Made by a program: the position numbers and the translations under genes. Below are positions 12,331 through 26,189 of a DNA stretch of 64,000 bases, in pieces. Every line of letters starts with the position of its first letter. Within the stretch, counting starts at the first letter, position 1. The notes under the pieces are model-generated. The model ran no database searches and had not been told where the DNA came from. It was given only the letters and a program-made list of their open reading frames with translations. Origin of the DNA: Phoronis australis (taxonomy: Eukaryota; Animalia; Phoronida); assembly GCA_002633005.1 (NCBI GenBank), contig NMRA01000438.1:70893-134892 (forward strand), given 5' to 3'.

Positions 12331-13791
12331 CGTTATCGGGGGGAGCCCTGGTCGGGAATCGCGGTTCTAGTCCTATTTCTCTGGAATTACACATCTTGTC
12401 ACTGATATCAGACGTAAAGTAAATCCCAATGCGTGAACCCTTCACCTCCAAAATAAGCATACGTCAGTAAAGACACAGCTCCGCACCGTGCCATACTTCA
12501 ATGGCCCCCGAAGGCAATCTTTTGAGCCTGAAGTACACAGGCAGCCATGTTTTTGTCGCTGTCCTACGCACAAGATGTTAGGTGTCCTCTTTGTGTCGCA
12601 TGACAGTGACCAGCACAGGCTGCTTTTACGGCTTTTCGTCGTCTGCTCCAAGAAAATCCAGACGTCCTTTATCGCGAGTAATAAAAACTTCTCTTTGTTA
12701 GCTTTTCTTAAAATCCCAAAAGGAAAGTAGGCAAATATACAAAAACATTTTGTTTACAAGCGAACAGCTATTTACGTCGTAGAAAGACCGTACATGTACT
12801 GTGATTGCAATGGTGACATCTTCACCGACGTCAAGACGTGGAAACAATCGGATTCCGTCTACACGATCTCGATGACGTCAACTTTTGTAGGTGACCGTGC
12901 ACCCGCCATCACCTGGCACTGAAAAGATTCAGTTCGAGTTTTGTTCCATTTCATTGACCTTCAACAAAAAGAACGAGAAGCTTCGTCGCGTATGCCATCA
13001 TCATTCATCCAGTCGAGAGGCGAATGATCGCACTCGAGCAGAACACAGCGTACGGACGGTAGTCCGGCACAGCGTTCGTCGATTTCTGCACGACGTTATC
13101 AGGTACATTACAAAATATGAACGATCTTTACGTATGTGTACGATAACGTCCCGTACGGAAATCCATGAATACTGCACCGAATGAGCATACAACGATTCTA
13201 CCTTGATTTCCTGCACACAACACGATAAAAGTATAATAAAATAAAATAACTCCCTTGACAGCAGATTACACGAATACATCCATACTTAAATAAGAAAATT
13301 TTACGACACCTGTGAGCTGTATTCGATTGACCATTCAAGTTTCTTGGGAGAAAGTAAGACCACGGGAAATCACACGAGTATTAGAGTAGTGTTCAGTCCG
13401 TCGCGAGCCAGAAAGCTCGATCAGACATGGCCACCAGTGAAATGATTGGGCGTCAAGGATAGAACTATATGGGTGTAAGGCTGTAAGCAAACGTTCTATA
13501 AGCCAAGATTTCTTGCCCCAAGTGTGGAGCGATTGTCTGGTGTCTACGAAACACGCCCCAGGATCGTAACCCTGTGAAAATCCTGGGGCAACACTACTTT
13601 GGGAAATATAATAAAGCTTACCTAAACTTTCATTAGCAGCAACGACAAAAAATTACAAAGAGACAACTCCTGCGCTAACATTTGGGGTGTTGTTACCCCA
13701 TTGCCTAAGCGAGCCAAGCGTTCTAATCGATTCACAAATTAAATGCTCGTGGCTTAGCCGCGGTGCTGAAGAAAAGCTAATCGCTAAATTT

Positions 13792-14225
13792 CACTTATAG
13801 TACATCGATTTTAAAAATTCAAATACGGTACTATTTACTTTCAAATTTCAAAAACAGTCAGGTTGGTCGCTTGCCTTACCTATTGTAGGTTTTTGACTTG
13901 ATACCGTGAATAATTCGCTTACAAGGAAAACACGCGTATCTTTAGATATGCGCGAATTTTCACCGCTGCTCCTTCGTCCTTCTTAGCGGCTGTTACTTGG
14001 ATCTGAGCTTGGATCAAAGAGAGCGCGGTGCCAGAGTCGGACGCAGTCGTGATGCCCGCATTGTCCAGTGCGAGCAAGACCCATAAACTGTAGTAACCAC
14101 TCTCTGCCTGTACACAATCACTGGCGACTTTTCAAAATGCATAAACCAGTAAAATAACGGCGGTATTCAGTTGGAAAACAACACAGTATGATTTACGATT
14201 TTTAAATATCGACGAACTTATAAGC
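13792..14225. mobile_element. old TIR element (~430 bp)
   Basis: acttatagtacatcgattttaaaaat at the left is an imperfect inverted match to atttttaaatatcgacgaacttataag at the right. Confidence 0.4.
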
Positions 14226-15009
14226 TTAAAAGTACAGACATTGGTCTGCGCGTATGGATATAATCGGAGGATTTACAAACGCTGATCATGCAGTAACAAT
14301 AACACATGGTCTATTTTACTAGTACACAACTAAACTACATTACGACAAATAGAAACAACACACAGTGACCAAATAAGATGTCAAAAACGAGTTTTAAGAT
14401 AACGCTTATCGCCCAGTCGTATGGAACTACTTTATTCGAGGAGCAGCACGCTAACTGGAAAACTGTGATATTGTGTGTAGATATTCAGTAATCACCGGTG
14501 GTGACGAAACACGTGTTGTGAAGACTAACTAAGGGCTAGCTTCAAAGTCAATGAGAAAATCCCAGGTGGGTAGGTGAGAGAGAGCTGGCTTCTAAGTTTC
14601 ACTGACCATCCGAATCTGCAAACAAAGTAGACTGGAGTCTTAAAAATAAAATGAACATAACAGTTATGAAACACATTTAAAACCAACGATCGTTTGGGAG
14701 ATGGCCCTTTCTCAAGATGAACCTAAATTACCGGAGTTTTTGTTATTTTATAAAAAATGCCATCAAATCCGTACTTTCGACATTTCGGGTTATTTCCTGG
14801 ACAAAGGAAAGTTCTATCGCCGGCGGGACCGACCTATTCGCTGTATACTCTGGATTTAACAGTCCACGGTTTCTCGTCCACTTGCGTGCAAATAGTGTTA
14901 CCGTAAGATTTTTCTAATGCCTAAAAATTGACAACCAGGGAAAGAAACGTCTATGAAGTGGCGGCGGCACACGAAGCACACGCGACTGTAGGCCTGACCT
15001 ACACGCCAT

Positions 15010-15653
15010 CACAGGCGTCCTCAGCTTCTGATCGTCTCCAATACACTACATATATTACTACAATGTATGACACTCGGGACTAGAAATTCCACGGTGCTTC
15101 AATTCATCCGTCCAAACACATAACTTAATAAATTTACACAAAACAAGGGTTCAACAAACCATGAGCAATTTTTCTTTCCTATAAACCATTCACGGTGTCC
15201 TGCTCCGAAGAGTTCGCAAGAAATTCGCTATCAAAGCACAAAAATGTTCCCAAAAAACCCAAACACACCTCGCACTTTGACGGTTCGGGGTCAAGGACGG
15301 TACGGAAATTACCGATGAGTTACGGATGGACGGATAAGTGTAGATCGTAACTTTTCGCGACAAACCGTTAATTTCCGTACTGTCCTTGACCTCGAACCGT
15401 CAAAGTGCGAGGTGTGTTTGGGCTTTTTGGAACATTTTTGTACTTTGACTGCGAATTTCTTTCGAACTCGCTGGAGCAGAAGAAAGAACAATTACTCATG
15501 GTTTATTGTACTGTTTTGTGTAAATGTATTGTGTTATGTGTTTGATATGGACGGCTGAATCGAAGCACCCGTGTAATTTCTAGTCCCGAATGTCATACCT
15601 TGTAGTATTGTATGTAGTGTATTGAGGACGATCAGAAGCTGAGGACGCCTGTG
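15010..15653. mobile_element. 644 bp foldback MITE with ~300 bp inverted arms; P-element-like (or hAT)
   Basis: Termini cacaggcgtcctcagcttctgatcgtc / gacgatcagaagctgaggacgcctgtg, with arms complementary over ~300 bp. Perfect 8-bp TSD cacgccat (15002-15009, 15654-15661). CANRG terminus. Confidence 0.9.
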
Positions 15654-16462
15654 CACGCCATTAGAGCTTAGCCTCGTTCCGGCCTCCATCGCGCAGTTGC
15701 CTTCGTGCACGCCGAAAATAATCAAGTCCTGTCTGTATTGTTTTCCTAGTGAAAAATCACCCGCGTTAATTGTACAGGATACATAAAACGGTGTTATTAT
15801 TTTATTATTCTGTAGATTAATACATATTTCAAATATAGAAGTTGCGTAATCGAGTACAAGTGCAGTGTCTGTAGGATAATATCAGAGGCGCTGAACAGTT
15901 CGTACTAGCGAAGTATACACCATACTAATTTGTTCTCCAATAATTTACATACTAATAAAATTGCCATGGTAAGGAAAAAAGGCAATTCATGTTTTAATCA
16001 ACGTCACTGAAGGTCTCGTATCTCTTTTTGTATGCTGTCATTGCGCCGGTTTGCGTGTCTGTCTCTAACATACTTCAACCATACATTGAATAATTACCCT
16101 TTCTAAGATCATTTAAAGGCACGNAAACAAAACAAACACTAAACTAAGTAAAGCTACGTAATATGTTTTTAAATTATCTGAGTATTTAAATCTCTTTCTC
16201 CCCCTCCTTCTCTCCCTCTCCCCTCCCCCCATTTCTCCATCTCCCTTTCTATGTATAGTTTTTAAAATTCTTATCTAATATACAGAGAACAAAAATATAA
16301 AAATGGCAATGTTAGGTTTTCCAAATGCAAAGGTATGCTAAAAATATACGATTCGTACTTTGACTTGAAAAAAATAGTTTACAGTAATCCCGTTATCTGC
16401 ATAAAATAGAAAATCGTCCAATAACATTTTATTTTATTTTATTGTGATTCAAGTGGTATTCA

Positions 16463-16915
16463 TTAAAGGTGAAAGCTGCCAACGTTGCAGGACGGCCATC
16501 TTGTTAGAGTATGAACCGTGCAAGCCAGTCACAAATCTCTGGTTTCCATGATAGATTTCGCGTACACAAGACTTGGAAGAAAATAGTCTTCGTGTTGACA
16601 CTCATATGACATATTTTTTTTTAAAATGGTACACTTTCGTAACTGCAAAATCTGCTGACAACAACTGGCTCTATACTTGAAAATCCTCATCAGGTCTACT
16701 GTTGTATCTTACAACTAAACTCAGGAAATTTCTTTTTAATCCTTTTGCGCTTGCATTGCACTTGCAAACACAATGGCAATGCAACACCTTAAAGCCAATG
16801 AAAACCTCGTTTTGGAGTAAAAAACACCAACATTCATCACAAGGGAATTTATTCTTACAAAGCATCGTCACCGCGTTCTTAACATTTATTTGAATTGAAG
16901 TCGGTTACATAAAAT
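16463..16915 (+). repeat. diverged direct repeat, copy 1 (possibly Kolobok-like DNA transposon fragment)
   Basis: About 390 bp (16526-16915) aligns by eye with 17338-17730. Both copies lie shortly downstream of ttaa|ag. Confidence 0.65.
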
Positions 16916-17281
16916 CTGTAGCAAGGGGGTCATTTTAATGTGTGGAACAGAGTGTTACGGACCGCGCAAGCCGTTGTGCTAAAAACTCTTGGCTCAATTT
17001 TGATGAGATATCATGCTTCTTTTTGCATTCTTTCCAGTGACACTACTTTCGAGATAACGGAACAGGAAATGGATTCCACTCTTACGACATCAATTGAAGT
17101 ATCCTGGTAATAAAGATCAGCGTATTTTTGTTTTATGCGTTCCCGTTTGTCAGTATTTTACATTTAACATACCAAGGTCCATTATTCGCTTACAGCCACG
17201 CTGGTTTGTTTACAGTCAGCTTGCACACAACAATAACGGCACCAGTGCGCACCGGTAAGGGCTGCGTGATTTCACGGCTAT

Positions 17282-17730
17282 TTAAAGTAGAACGTCCGAT
17301 CGCGCTCTCTATGGGTGATAGGGTCTGCTTTGTTATCCAGTCACAAACTTTTGGTTTCCATGTTATATTTCGCATATGCAATTCTCTCCAAAAAGACGTC
17401 TTCATGTGGACACTCAGAAAATATAGCACATCTTGTAAAAATGACAGTCACATTTTCGTAGAGCTCTGCATAATCTCGGGACAACAATTGGCTCCGTGCC
17501 TGAGAATACTTAAGTAGGTCAACTACTTTATCTCACCACTGAACTCAGGAAAGTTCTTTTTAACCGTTTTTGCGCTTGCAAACATAATGACAATGCATTA
17601 CCTGTAAAGTCAGTGAAAACCACGTTTGGTTTTAAAAACCTCAGCATTCATCACAGGGGTATTTGTTCATTCAAATCATCGTCATCGCGTTTTTAACCTT
17701 TATTTGAATTAAAGTTGGTTTCATAAAAAC
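17282..17730 (+). repeat. diverged direct repeat, copy 2
   Basis: Shares blocks cagtcacaaa..tggtttccatg, actcaggaaa.ttctttttaa, cattcatcaca and tttatttgaatt with 16526-16915. Confidence 0.65.
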
Positions 17731-19904
17731 GACTGACGAGCACACTGCCTCGGCGATTGAAACTAACCGGCCGCGACTAGCAGGTATAAGCTACATTTCG
17801 CCCTGTTTAGCAAGCTAAAAACGAAAATCGAATTTCGCATTTAGCTGTCTCATACTCCCTTCCGTGATAGTATTCTGTTCTCTTTACCCACAAGAACGTT
17901 GAAACCATCAGACAAAAATCTTCCAAGAGCCATCTATACAGGAAAAATTGCAACTTAGGTAGCCTTCATGGACCTCGGCTGTTTCTCGGATAGTCTAACC
18001 CAAAGTGGATTTTTCAGTGTCTTTTGACTTTGGCTTTTAGCCTGCTCTCGAGCACTCTGCCAATTTCTGCCTTTTGGCTTCGATTTGTAGATAAATTTTC
18101 TGATTTTTAGCTTTAGTTTCCTTTCATGAAACAGCGGGCTAAGCTATCCGAAGGCCGATTTTTAGCCAAAGGACAAATAAAGACTTTTCGAGAAAGTGCC
18201 ACCTGGTCTGAAGGATGACGACTTGCTAGTTATTCGCAAGTCTGTAAACCATTTACAATCTGAACAAAAAACGAGATAAGACTGATTTTACAACAGTGAG
18301 GGACCTAAATAAAAAGTTGATTTGCGACAGAAATCGGTGCCTGAGCATGCGCACACCCAACCTTTAATATGGGGGGCTCGAATTTCTAGCGATGTGGACC
18401 TTTTGCTGACAAAAATGCCGGAGGACCAAAAGAAAAAAACGGGGTACCACCTTCACTGTGCGCCTGCACCTTATTAGTGGACTCTTGTCTCGTTTTCTCG
18501 GACTGTTTTTTTCTCTGAGGCGGACCTTTTTGCCCACTTCGCCAAATGGGGGTGTTCTGTGGAATCAATGGACCCCGAGACGTTTGACCAGCAGTAAAAG
18601 TGAGATGCCCAGACTTGCTCTGGAAAATCGTTGATGCGTTTGNGCTCGTTCGAGCTCCCCTCCCCCCTCCCCCACCCGAGAGCGCGCATGCTGAGTTCAT
18701 TGTCCTTGACAGCCTAAGTCACCAAGTGTAAGGTTCAACGTCGCCAAAAGGATACGGAAACGAGCATTGATATACAGCTTGATGAAACTACTGCAGATTT
18801 CAACTTCATGCTTACATCTTGTGGAATCAATTGGAAAAACTGTCATTTCTGCTTCAAGACGTCAGGAAAACTACACGCTTCTTGAGGGCGAATACTCCTG
18901 AATGATTACATCTACCAGCCGAGAGCTGCTTGAAAGTGACCCGGTTTCCCGTAAACAACATAACGTGACAAGACCGCGGTTGCGCAGACACTGAAGCTAA
19001 GCTAATCTTTCATCGACACAAGTCATTACACTCGTTCCCAGACGAATTGATGTTCGAAGTCAAAACACGTCTTTCCGAGGTTGAAGCCAAAAAAACAGTT
19101 TCTCGCTCATCAGACCATGACGTTTTTAAAGAACTGCCGCGCTTTTGCATCGTAAACAAAAATAAACGGAATTCGGGACAAGGGGACACGATCACGGGGA
19201 ATGGCTATAATAATTCTATTTTTAACGAAAAATGTTAAGACTCAGTGTGCGAAAAGTGACGGTCTATAACACCTGAAAAGCAAGGAATTGTGGCCATAAA
19301 TATGTCTGCGTGTATCTATACTTCCTGACAGTTGGCGAAGCATTTGTTTCGACAGAAGCTAAACAGACGAAGAAGCAACAGGACCTAAGAATAAAAATGA
19401 CTCATCCCTCAATGCGCGAGGTCTCGGTCTATTAACTCGCAAGACCTTGGATGCAAACATAAAGTCGTAAAAATAACTCATCAATCTTTTTCGTCATCTA
19501 CATTTTTAAACGTGGCAAAATGAGGTGGTTTCCTAAAGAATCTTGATTCCCGTGTTCTATTCGTCACGTTCATTATACACACGGTGCCCACCAACGCGCC
19601 AACCTTGTATTGCGACGTCCTAACAACACGTTGCATACATTTACTTTGTGTTCAGCCATTTACAAGACTGAATTGTGAACCGTGACCTAGTCTATTTTGT
19701 GGCTTCAGAACTGCTCTTGTAACGTAAAATGCATTACCGAGAAACTATTCGGTGCTCTATGAGTCAAAATCAAAACAAACATTACTTAAATTTTATGAAG
19801 AACTTTTGGACCTGGATGACAAGTTGCTTGAAAGATGTCCAGAAAACAATGGGGTACATTTGAGTGATTTCGCTCACACGAGGGCACTACGGACCAAGTC
19901 AGGT

Positions 19905-20053
19905 CATAGGCGGCGCAGCATTAAAAAAAAGGGGGGGGGCTATAGCCCTCAACCACCCTGTGGTGCACCACCCATAGATCATGATGGGCGGCGCAGCACT
20001 GAAAAAAGTGAGGGCTATAGCCCCCCCCCCATCCCCCTATGGTGCGCCGATGC
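19905..20053. mobile_element. two adjacent copies of the ~70 bp mini-MITE
   Basis: cataggcggcgcagca..ggtgcaccacccata (19905-19976) and gatgggcggcgcagca..ggtgcgccg (19983-~20053). Confidence 0.75.
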
Positions 20054-20246
20054 AGATGCGGGTAAATTATCGCGTTAACGACCGTGAACGTTTGCAACAA
20101 AGCATCAACACTGAATGCCTGCCCGACCCGATGTATGTACACATGTATCGTTATTTCGTGCTATTAGAAAAGGAAACACGAGTAACGGGCTGGATTCATT
20201 ACATTCCAAGTTAAGTAGGACACTTAATTTTTACTGTGTTTATGGC

Positions 20247-20332
20247 AATAATAATAATAGTAATAATAACAACAATAATAATGATAATAATAATAACAAT
20301 ATAGATAACAATAACAATAGTAATGATAATAA
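20247..20332. repeat. (AAT/AAC)n microsatellite
   Basis: Directly visible. Gives the poly-Asn ORF artefact. Confidence 0.95.
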
Positions 20333-20610
20333 AATATTTCAATATTGGTACATATATTTTGAGGATGTACTAGGTTTACTTACAGTAGCAACAGAGCTAC
20401 TTTTGGAAAATAATACAGCGACTGAATGGTTGGATTTTTGCAATAGTATAGGTGCAGTTGTCATTTTTCTGTTAATTCCAGTTTTTGTGACAGAAGAAAA
20501 TATCTATTAACCGGATATATCATGTACACTGGCGCTCTAGTAAAAGCGATACACATGACGTCTTCGATGTTTACACAATAGTTGCGTATGAATGGTTGTT
20601 ATAAGTCCAT

Positions 20611-20760
20611 CAGGAATGGATCAAGATTTTGAGTTGAGGGGGCAGGGCAGAGTATTAGCTAGGATTTCCCCGTTAGACATTCATACCCTCGAACTGCCAA
20701 ATGGAATCTGGGAAAATTTTAGGGGGGGGGGGGAGCATGGCCCCCTTAAATCCACCACTG
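20611..20760 (+). mobile_element. ~150 bp hAT-like MITE, copy 1
   Basis: Reverse-complement homologue of 56786-56945 (shared gggcagggcagagtattagc.aggattt..ccgt.agacattc). Degenerate cag..g.ggat termini. Confidence 0.75.
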
Positions 20761-23498
20761 GTCATCACTAGTTTGTTGACCACTCTATTGTCTTTAAATA
20801 GATGAAATGTGTAGATATTTTCTTGGTTAATAATGACTAAAAATTGGTATTTGTTGCGGCAGAGACATGTTCATTTTTTAAAAACACGCATCTGATCTAC
20901 CGTTACAAGATAACATTGAATGACATGAGATGAACAGACTATCGAATGCCTTGGTTATCTCCTTTTTCTTCATATCATTAAACAGTGTTGATTAAAACGA
21001 ACGTATCTCTGTTATTCTAGATAAACTGGACAATCCAGATAGTCCTAGAAATGCATCAGCAACACAAGGAAACATAAAATTTAAAAATTCAAATGCAGGC
21101 ACACGTCAGAAAACAAAACTACATGTTACATTCAAGGTACACTTGAAAAGGTGAAATTGTTGATATGGCGTCACTGTTACAGGACACCAAGTGGAGTGAT
21201 ATCGTTGTCTTTATTACGTGGATATGCCTCATGAAATGGCAATGTCCTCTTGTAGACCACAGGACTACCTCAACCACTTCGGTAATTTATGTAACAAGGG
21301 CAAAAATTACACATTTATCCCTTTTTAATGAGAAAGAGCGACTTCAGTAGTATACAAAAGTATTTATATTTTGACACGATACGCCGCGTAATTTTGTTTG
21401 ACACGAACTCACAGTTATGCTTTCATGTATCTACACGTACAAACTTTGCGCAGAGAAATGTACAGCTATTCATATTGCTATTTCTACAGGTTCAAAATAT
21501 GGTTCATTTGCAAGTGTGGTATTATTTTCTGCAAGCAAATAACATATGAGACTGTTTCCAGTTACAACTAAGTGTGCATGTATGCATATCTGTTGACCTA
21601 TTTTCTAAAGTTTTATTGCGCATGTGTATATGGGCTTTTGGTTGACTGTCAGAAATCTAAAACAAATCCTTTTGAAAACTTGTTCCATTTGAAAAAATCG
21701 ATGACACGTTGAAAAGGCATCATTAAACAAGACGGTGTTTTTAATTAGCAGGCTGAGAAACATGTTTTGAGGTTTTTATCGAAAATGTAGCATGCAAGTG
21801 ATGATGGATCTAGACGTATAAATAAAACTAGACGTATAAATAAAAAAACACACTGATGGGTAGTTCAGTCAAATACATAAGACAGAAAACCTGAACGCTA
21901 TTCTAAGTGCATATACATTCATTCGTAATGCCATCCTCTGGAACGTTTGAACGAATCTGCAAAACAATTACTGATTAATCCTGTTTTTATTAACACCGGT
22001 GTCACTGCACTCTACATATCATAAACAACGAATTAACAAAAATACAGCAAAGCACGCGATTTGTGGATTAATATAACAAACACGTCACCGAACAAAACGA
22101 AATTATTTTTAGGTAGCCTTAAAGTTTATCTATGTTGTGTATTTTACTGTAACGTTCTTGAGCGAGAAGAGGTTCCGCTTCACCAATTGGCCCTTCTGCA
22201 AATACTTCTGGCAATGCGTGTACTTTTTATCCAGCATTTCTGAAAACATTTTTTTACATTAGCTGATTCAAGTCATTCACGTCTTACCACCTAAGCATAC
22301 TTTTCGATTTTGTATGCTTTTCCTAACGCGGGTGTCTGAAACGCATGGTTTGGGTCCTGCGCATATCAGGGGCTTCGCCTCGTAGTCACAGTGACAGGGT
22401 ACCAGGAGAAGGTGAAAAATTGTGGCGACGGAGGGGGGGAGGGGTGAGTGAGTAAATAGATTGTGACAATCAGGGGCAGCTCACATTATCAAGATTCTCT
22501 GGACTCCTTGTAACCTATTGGGTGTCCGAGGAATCCCGCAAACCCGGAATCTGGCCTCCATGTATTTGAATGAAGCACCGGAGAAATTCACGGGGCCCGT
22601 ATGCTGGATTATGCAGCAAGGGCAAGTTCACTATCCTCGGCCTGGTACACTAATACTGCAGACTGTATCATATCATTGTGTTTAGCAGAAAATCTCGACT
22701 TGTGACGGCAGGCGGGCACCCACCTCCGCGGAAAACGTCCAGCCCTTGAATATAGATGAACATCAACAACAACATTGTTGAAGCTACTGGTACTGCTAAC
22801 TACAATGATAGCCTGTCTCCTGATTCAAAGCGCCTCACGTGGCATCGGGGCCGTATCCGGCCCAACTTCGCCCGAGTGGTGTTTGCGTAGATGACGATCG
22901 TGCAGACGATAAGAGGAGGCTTTATGTTATTTACCAGTATTGAACGTGCTTGGTGGCTACACCAAAGGGTATCGAGGGAGTATAGAAGTGAATGTCTATA
23001 CCTAGGCATAGAACTCTAGTCCTATGACCTAAGTAAGCGAGAGAGCTCCCAGAAAGTAGTGCGGTGTGAATGCCATAAAATATACTAAGAAACAAAACCG
23101 CCGATGTTTGTTGTTCTGCTATTTCGGTATAATTGTTAGAATATTACGGTAAAGTGCAGGCATTTTCAAATTTCGAATTCAAATATGTAGCCTAAATATG
23201 TTATTCATCCAGTGTCCACTTTGATTGTGGATTGGAGGATTGACATGCATACGTGTACTCGTGTGCCAAATTCAGTACACGATGACGATAAGTTCACTAC
23301 AGGCAGTGCTCCGTCGTGCTCAAAAACCAGACATTTAACTACCGTGTTTTCTTGCACTGAAAACAAAAACCTGACGAGCATGTTCACTTTATTCGGCAAA
23401 ACTACGCCTAGACCTCAACTCAACTGGTCAATGAAGAAAATGTTCTCTTGTCAATCAGTGTCAATGGTGCACAGCCCAGCAAACTTCATAGCAAGCAA

Positions 23499-24227
23499 GG
23501 TTACATGTCACTATGCCAAAGGTTCACTACTCCGAAGGCCAACTACTCCGGAAGGTCCAGTACTCCGAAGGTTCACTACTCCGAAGGTTTGCAACCTTCG
23601 AAAATTCATTTCTTCAAATTTCCACAATTCCGAAACCAGAACTTCGACAGTTCGTCACTCTGATTGTCTGCTCACGACTCTTGCTCAACTGCAGCGACAA
23701 AATCTGGGGCACCGGCGTCGGCAGGGCTGCGGTGACCAAGCGGTTCTAAATTTAAGAGGACCGAATGGGACACTCTGACATCGTGAAGACTAGCAGGGAC
23801 AGGGTGGGCTACTGACTACATTTAGTTTCGACTCTACCTTGCGCATGGTTCCTGGGTGAGGTTGAGACGCAGGGGCCCTTAACTTTTCAATCGCGCTGCG
23901 ATGCGATCTTGACATGGGTTTGATGAATGCGTGGTTGATAATTCATCAATATTCCTACTTCACATTCTTCTAAAAATACAAGTACGTACTCATTTCGTAT
24001 TCGTAAAACACGCATGCGCATGAAATCCAGACAAAGTGTTTTTAGTACCAGGGCATTGTTTTCCGTAAATAAGGTACACCACTCAGTGCATCTAATAACT
24101 GAAGTATCGTTTATTTTTGCTCGTATGAAAATTACACCCGAGTCCGAAATTTTAAATGTTCAGAGCAGTGAACCTTCGGAGTAGTGAACCTTCGGAGTAG
24201 TGAACCTACGAAATAGTAGGGTGTTCC
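23499..24227. mobile_element. MULE-like non-autonomous element with inverted arrays of a 16-bp subterminal repeat
   Basis: (aggttcactactccga)n at 23520-23590 and its complement (tcggagtagtgaacct)n at 24160-24215. GG...CC ends. No clear TSD. Confidence 0.6.
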
Positions 24228-25798
24228 TACTTCCAGCGATGTAAGCAAGTTAAGTAACACATAAAAAATACAACCAGATAAACAATTTTACCAAGTCATT
24301 CTCCGACTTAACTTAACATTTCCATCCGAGTATGTAACCTAGTGAGGTGTAATTGAAATTTTGGCAGGAGGTAACGCGAGAACGTTCTTTTTCTGGACCA
24401 CATTACATCCCAATTTGAGTCCCGTTCTTTGTGAGCAACCGTCACAGCATTCTCATTCCTGGCATTACAAATTCCGTCTCATCTTGGAAACATGGAGTTG
24501 TGAGTCATCGTTGTGTGTACAGATTTCCTTTCCCCGTAATTAAGCTGCGTCAAGGGCCTCATCGAAAACTACAGTTTCGACATTTGCAAAATATCAACGG
24601 TCCACCGTTCTAGAAATTCGAACCATTCTCCCCCTAAATGCTGGCTACGAGCCTGGACTTTCAAAAAACAGATGTCCCGATTAAATTCCCTGGTTCTTCT
24701 TGATTTTGCTACGAAGAAATAGTGATGAACGTATCGTTCAATTTAATGATTATACCACAAAATCAAAATGTTTTGGTAAACAACAGTAAACAAAGAATTC
24801 GTTGGTCTATTTATTTAAAAGAAAACGCGTATCTGTGGTCGCAACGGAAAATGATCCTCGAAAAGGAACGAGCCAACTCTCACGTAAACTAGTTTCCTCT
24901 TCAGACTTAGTATTCAGTGCATAAAAAGACCAATAAATCAACGAAGGCGTTGCTATGTATACAGAAAGANGTTCGGAGCAGTGAACCTTCGGAGTAGTGA
25001 ACCTTCGGAGTAGTGAACCTTCGGAGTAGTGAACCTTCGAAATAGTAGGGTGTTCCTAGTTCCAGCGATGTAAGCAAGTTCAGTAACACATAAAAAATAC
25101 AACCAGATAAACAATTTTACCAAGTCATTCTCCGACTTAACTTAACATTTCCATCCGAGTATGTAACCTAGTGAGGTGTAATTGAAATTTTGGCAGGAGG
25201 TAACGCGAGTACGTTCTTTTTCTGGACCACATTACATCCCAATTTGAGTCCCGTTCTTTGTGAGCAACCGTCACAGCATTCTCATTCCTGGCATTACAAA
25301 TTCCGTCTCATCTTGGAAACATAGAGTTGTGAGTCATCGTTGTGTGTACAGATTTCCTTTCCCCGTAATTAAGCTGCGTCAAGGGCCTCATCGAAAACTA
25401 CAGTTTCGACATTTGCAAAATATCAACGGTCCACCGTTCTAGAAATTCGAACCATTCTCCCCCTAAATGCTGGCTACGAGCCTGGACTTTCAAAAAACAG
25501 ATGTCCCGATTAAATTCCCTGGTTCTTCTTGATTTTGCTACGAAGAAATAGTGATGAACGTATCGTTCAATTTAATGATTATACCACAAAATCAAAATGT
25601 TTTGGTAAACAACAGTAAACAAAGAATTCGTTGGTCTATTTATTTAAAAGAAAACGCGTATCTGTGGTCGCAACGGAAAATGATCCTCGAAAAGGAACGA
25701 GCCAACTCTCACGTAAACTAGTTTCCTCTTCAGACTTAGTATTCAGTGCATAAAAAGACCAATAAATCAACGAAGGCGTTGCTATGTATACAGAAAGA
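24158..25798 (+). repeat. near-identical tandem duplication (812 bp + 828 bp) joined by an N; probable assembly or haplotype artefact
   Basis: 24158-24969 and 24971-25798 differ by a handful of SNPs and one 16-bp repeat unit. N at 24970. Confidence 0.9.
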
Positions 25799-26189
25799 AG
25801 GGACTGAATATCACAAAAGCACTGACTACGTAAAAATGACAAGCTCGTGTCACGTTGACAATTCATTGCAAGCTTAACAGATTTTAACACAATTGTTTCT
25901 TCTTTTCGGTATTACAAATATTCTGTGTCTGCCAATAGGGTCTTTCACACCGTTTCAGCGTGAACCCTAATCATGCAAAGCGCTAGTCTGTGAGACGCCC
26001 AAACCGTGGGAAACCGCAATAGTGGAAGGTGTGGGTTGCGATGACAGTCGCTCTTGTCAACGATTGTAGAAGCTTGGAGCGCTATGAACAGACTAAATTG
26101 CAATATTGAAAGTGTTTTTCTGCCACTGAAACAGGATTCAACCTGCTCACCGGGTATGTTTGGGGTTTGTTCGCAAAGACATCAAAGCA

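Noticed and set aside
11891-12460. ORFs with MYVC and HT repeats
   Set aside because: Translations of a microsatellite.
17715-17770. CTGACGA...GAAA hammerhead-like core (also ctgatga..gaaa at ~52342)
   Set aside because: Stems I and II cannot form convincingly.
19020-19120. F-box-like peptide SLHSFPDELMFEVKTRLS
   Set aside because: No start or splice context, and it lacks the downstream VCxxW. Likely chance.
20115-20510. 131-aa poly-Asn ORF
   Set aside because: Produced by the (AAT)n repeat.
21810-21845. 18-bp perfect tandem duplication
   Set aside because: Ordinary slippage or repair duplication.
23212-23778. 188-aa ORF, the longest in the track
   Set aside because: Runs through the 16-bp subterminal repeats of a MITE (LRRFTTPK repeats) and has no protein signature.
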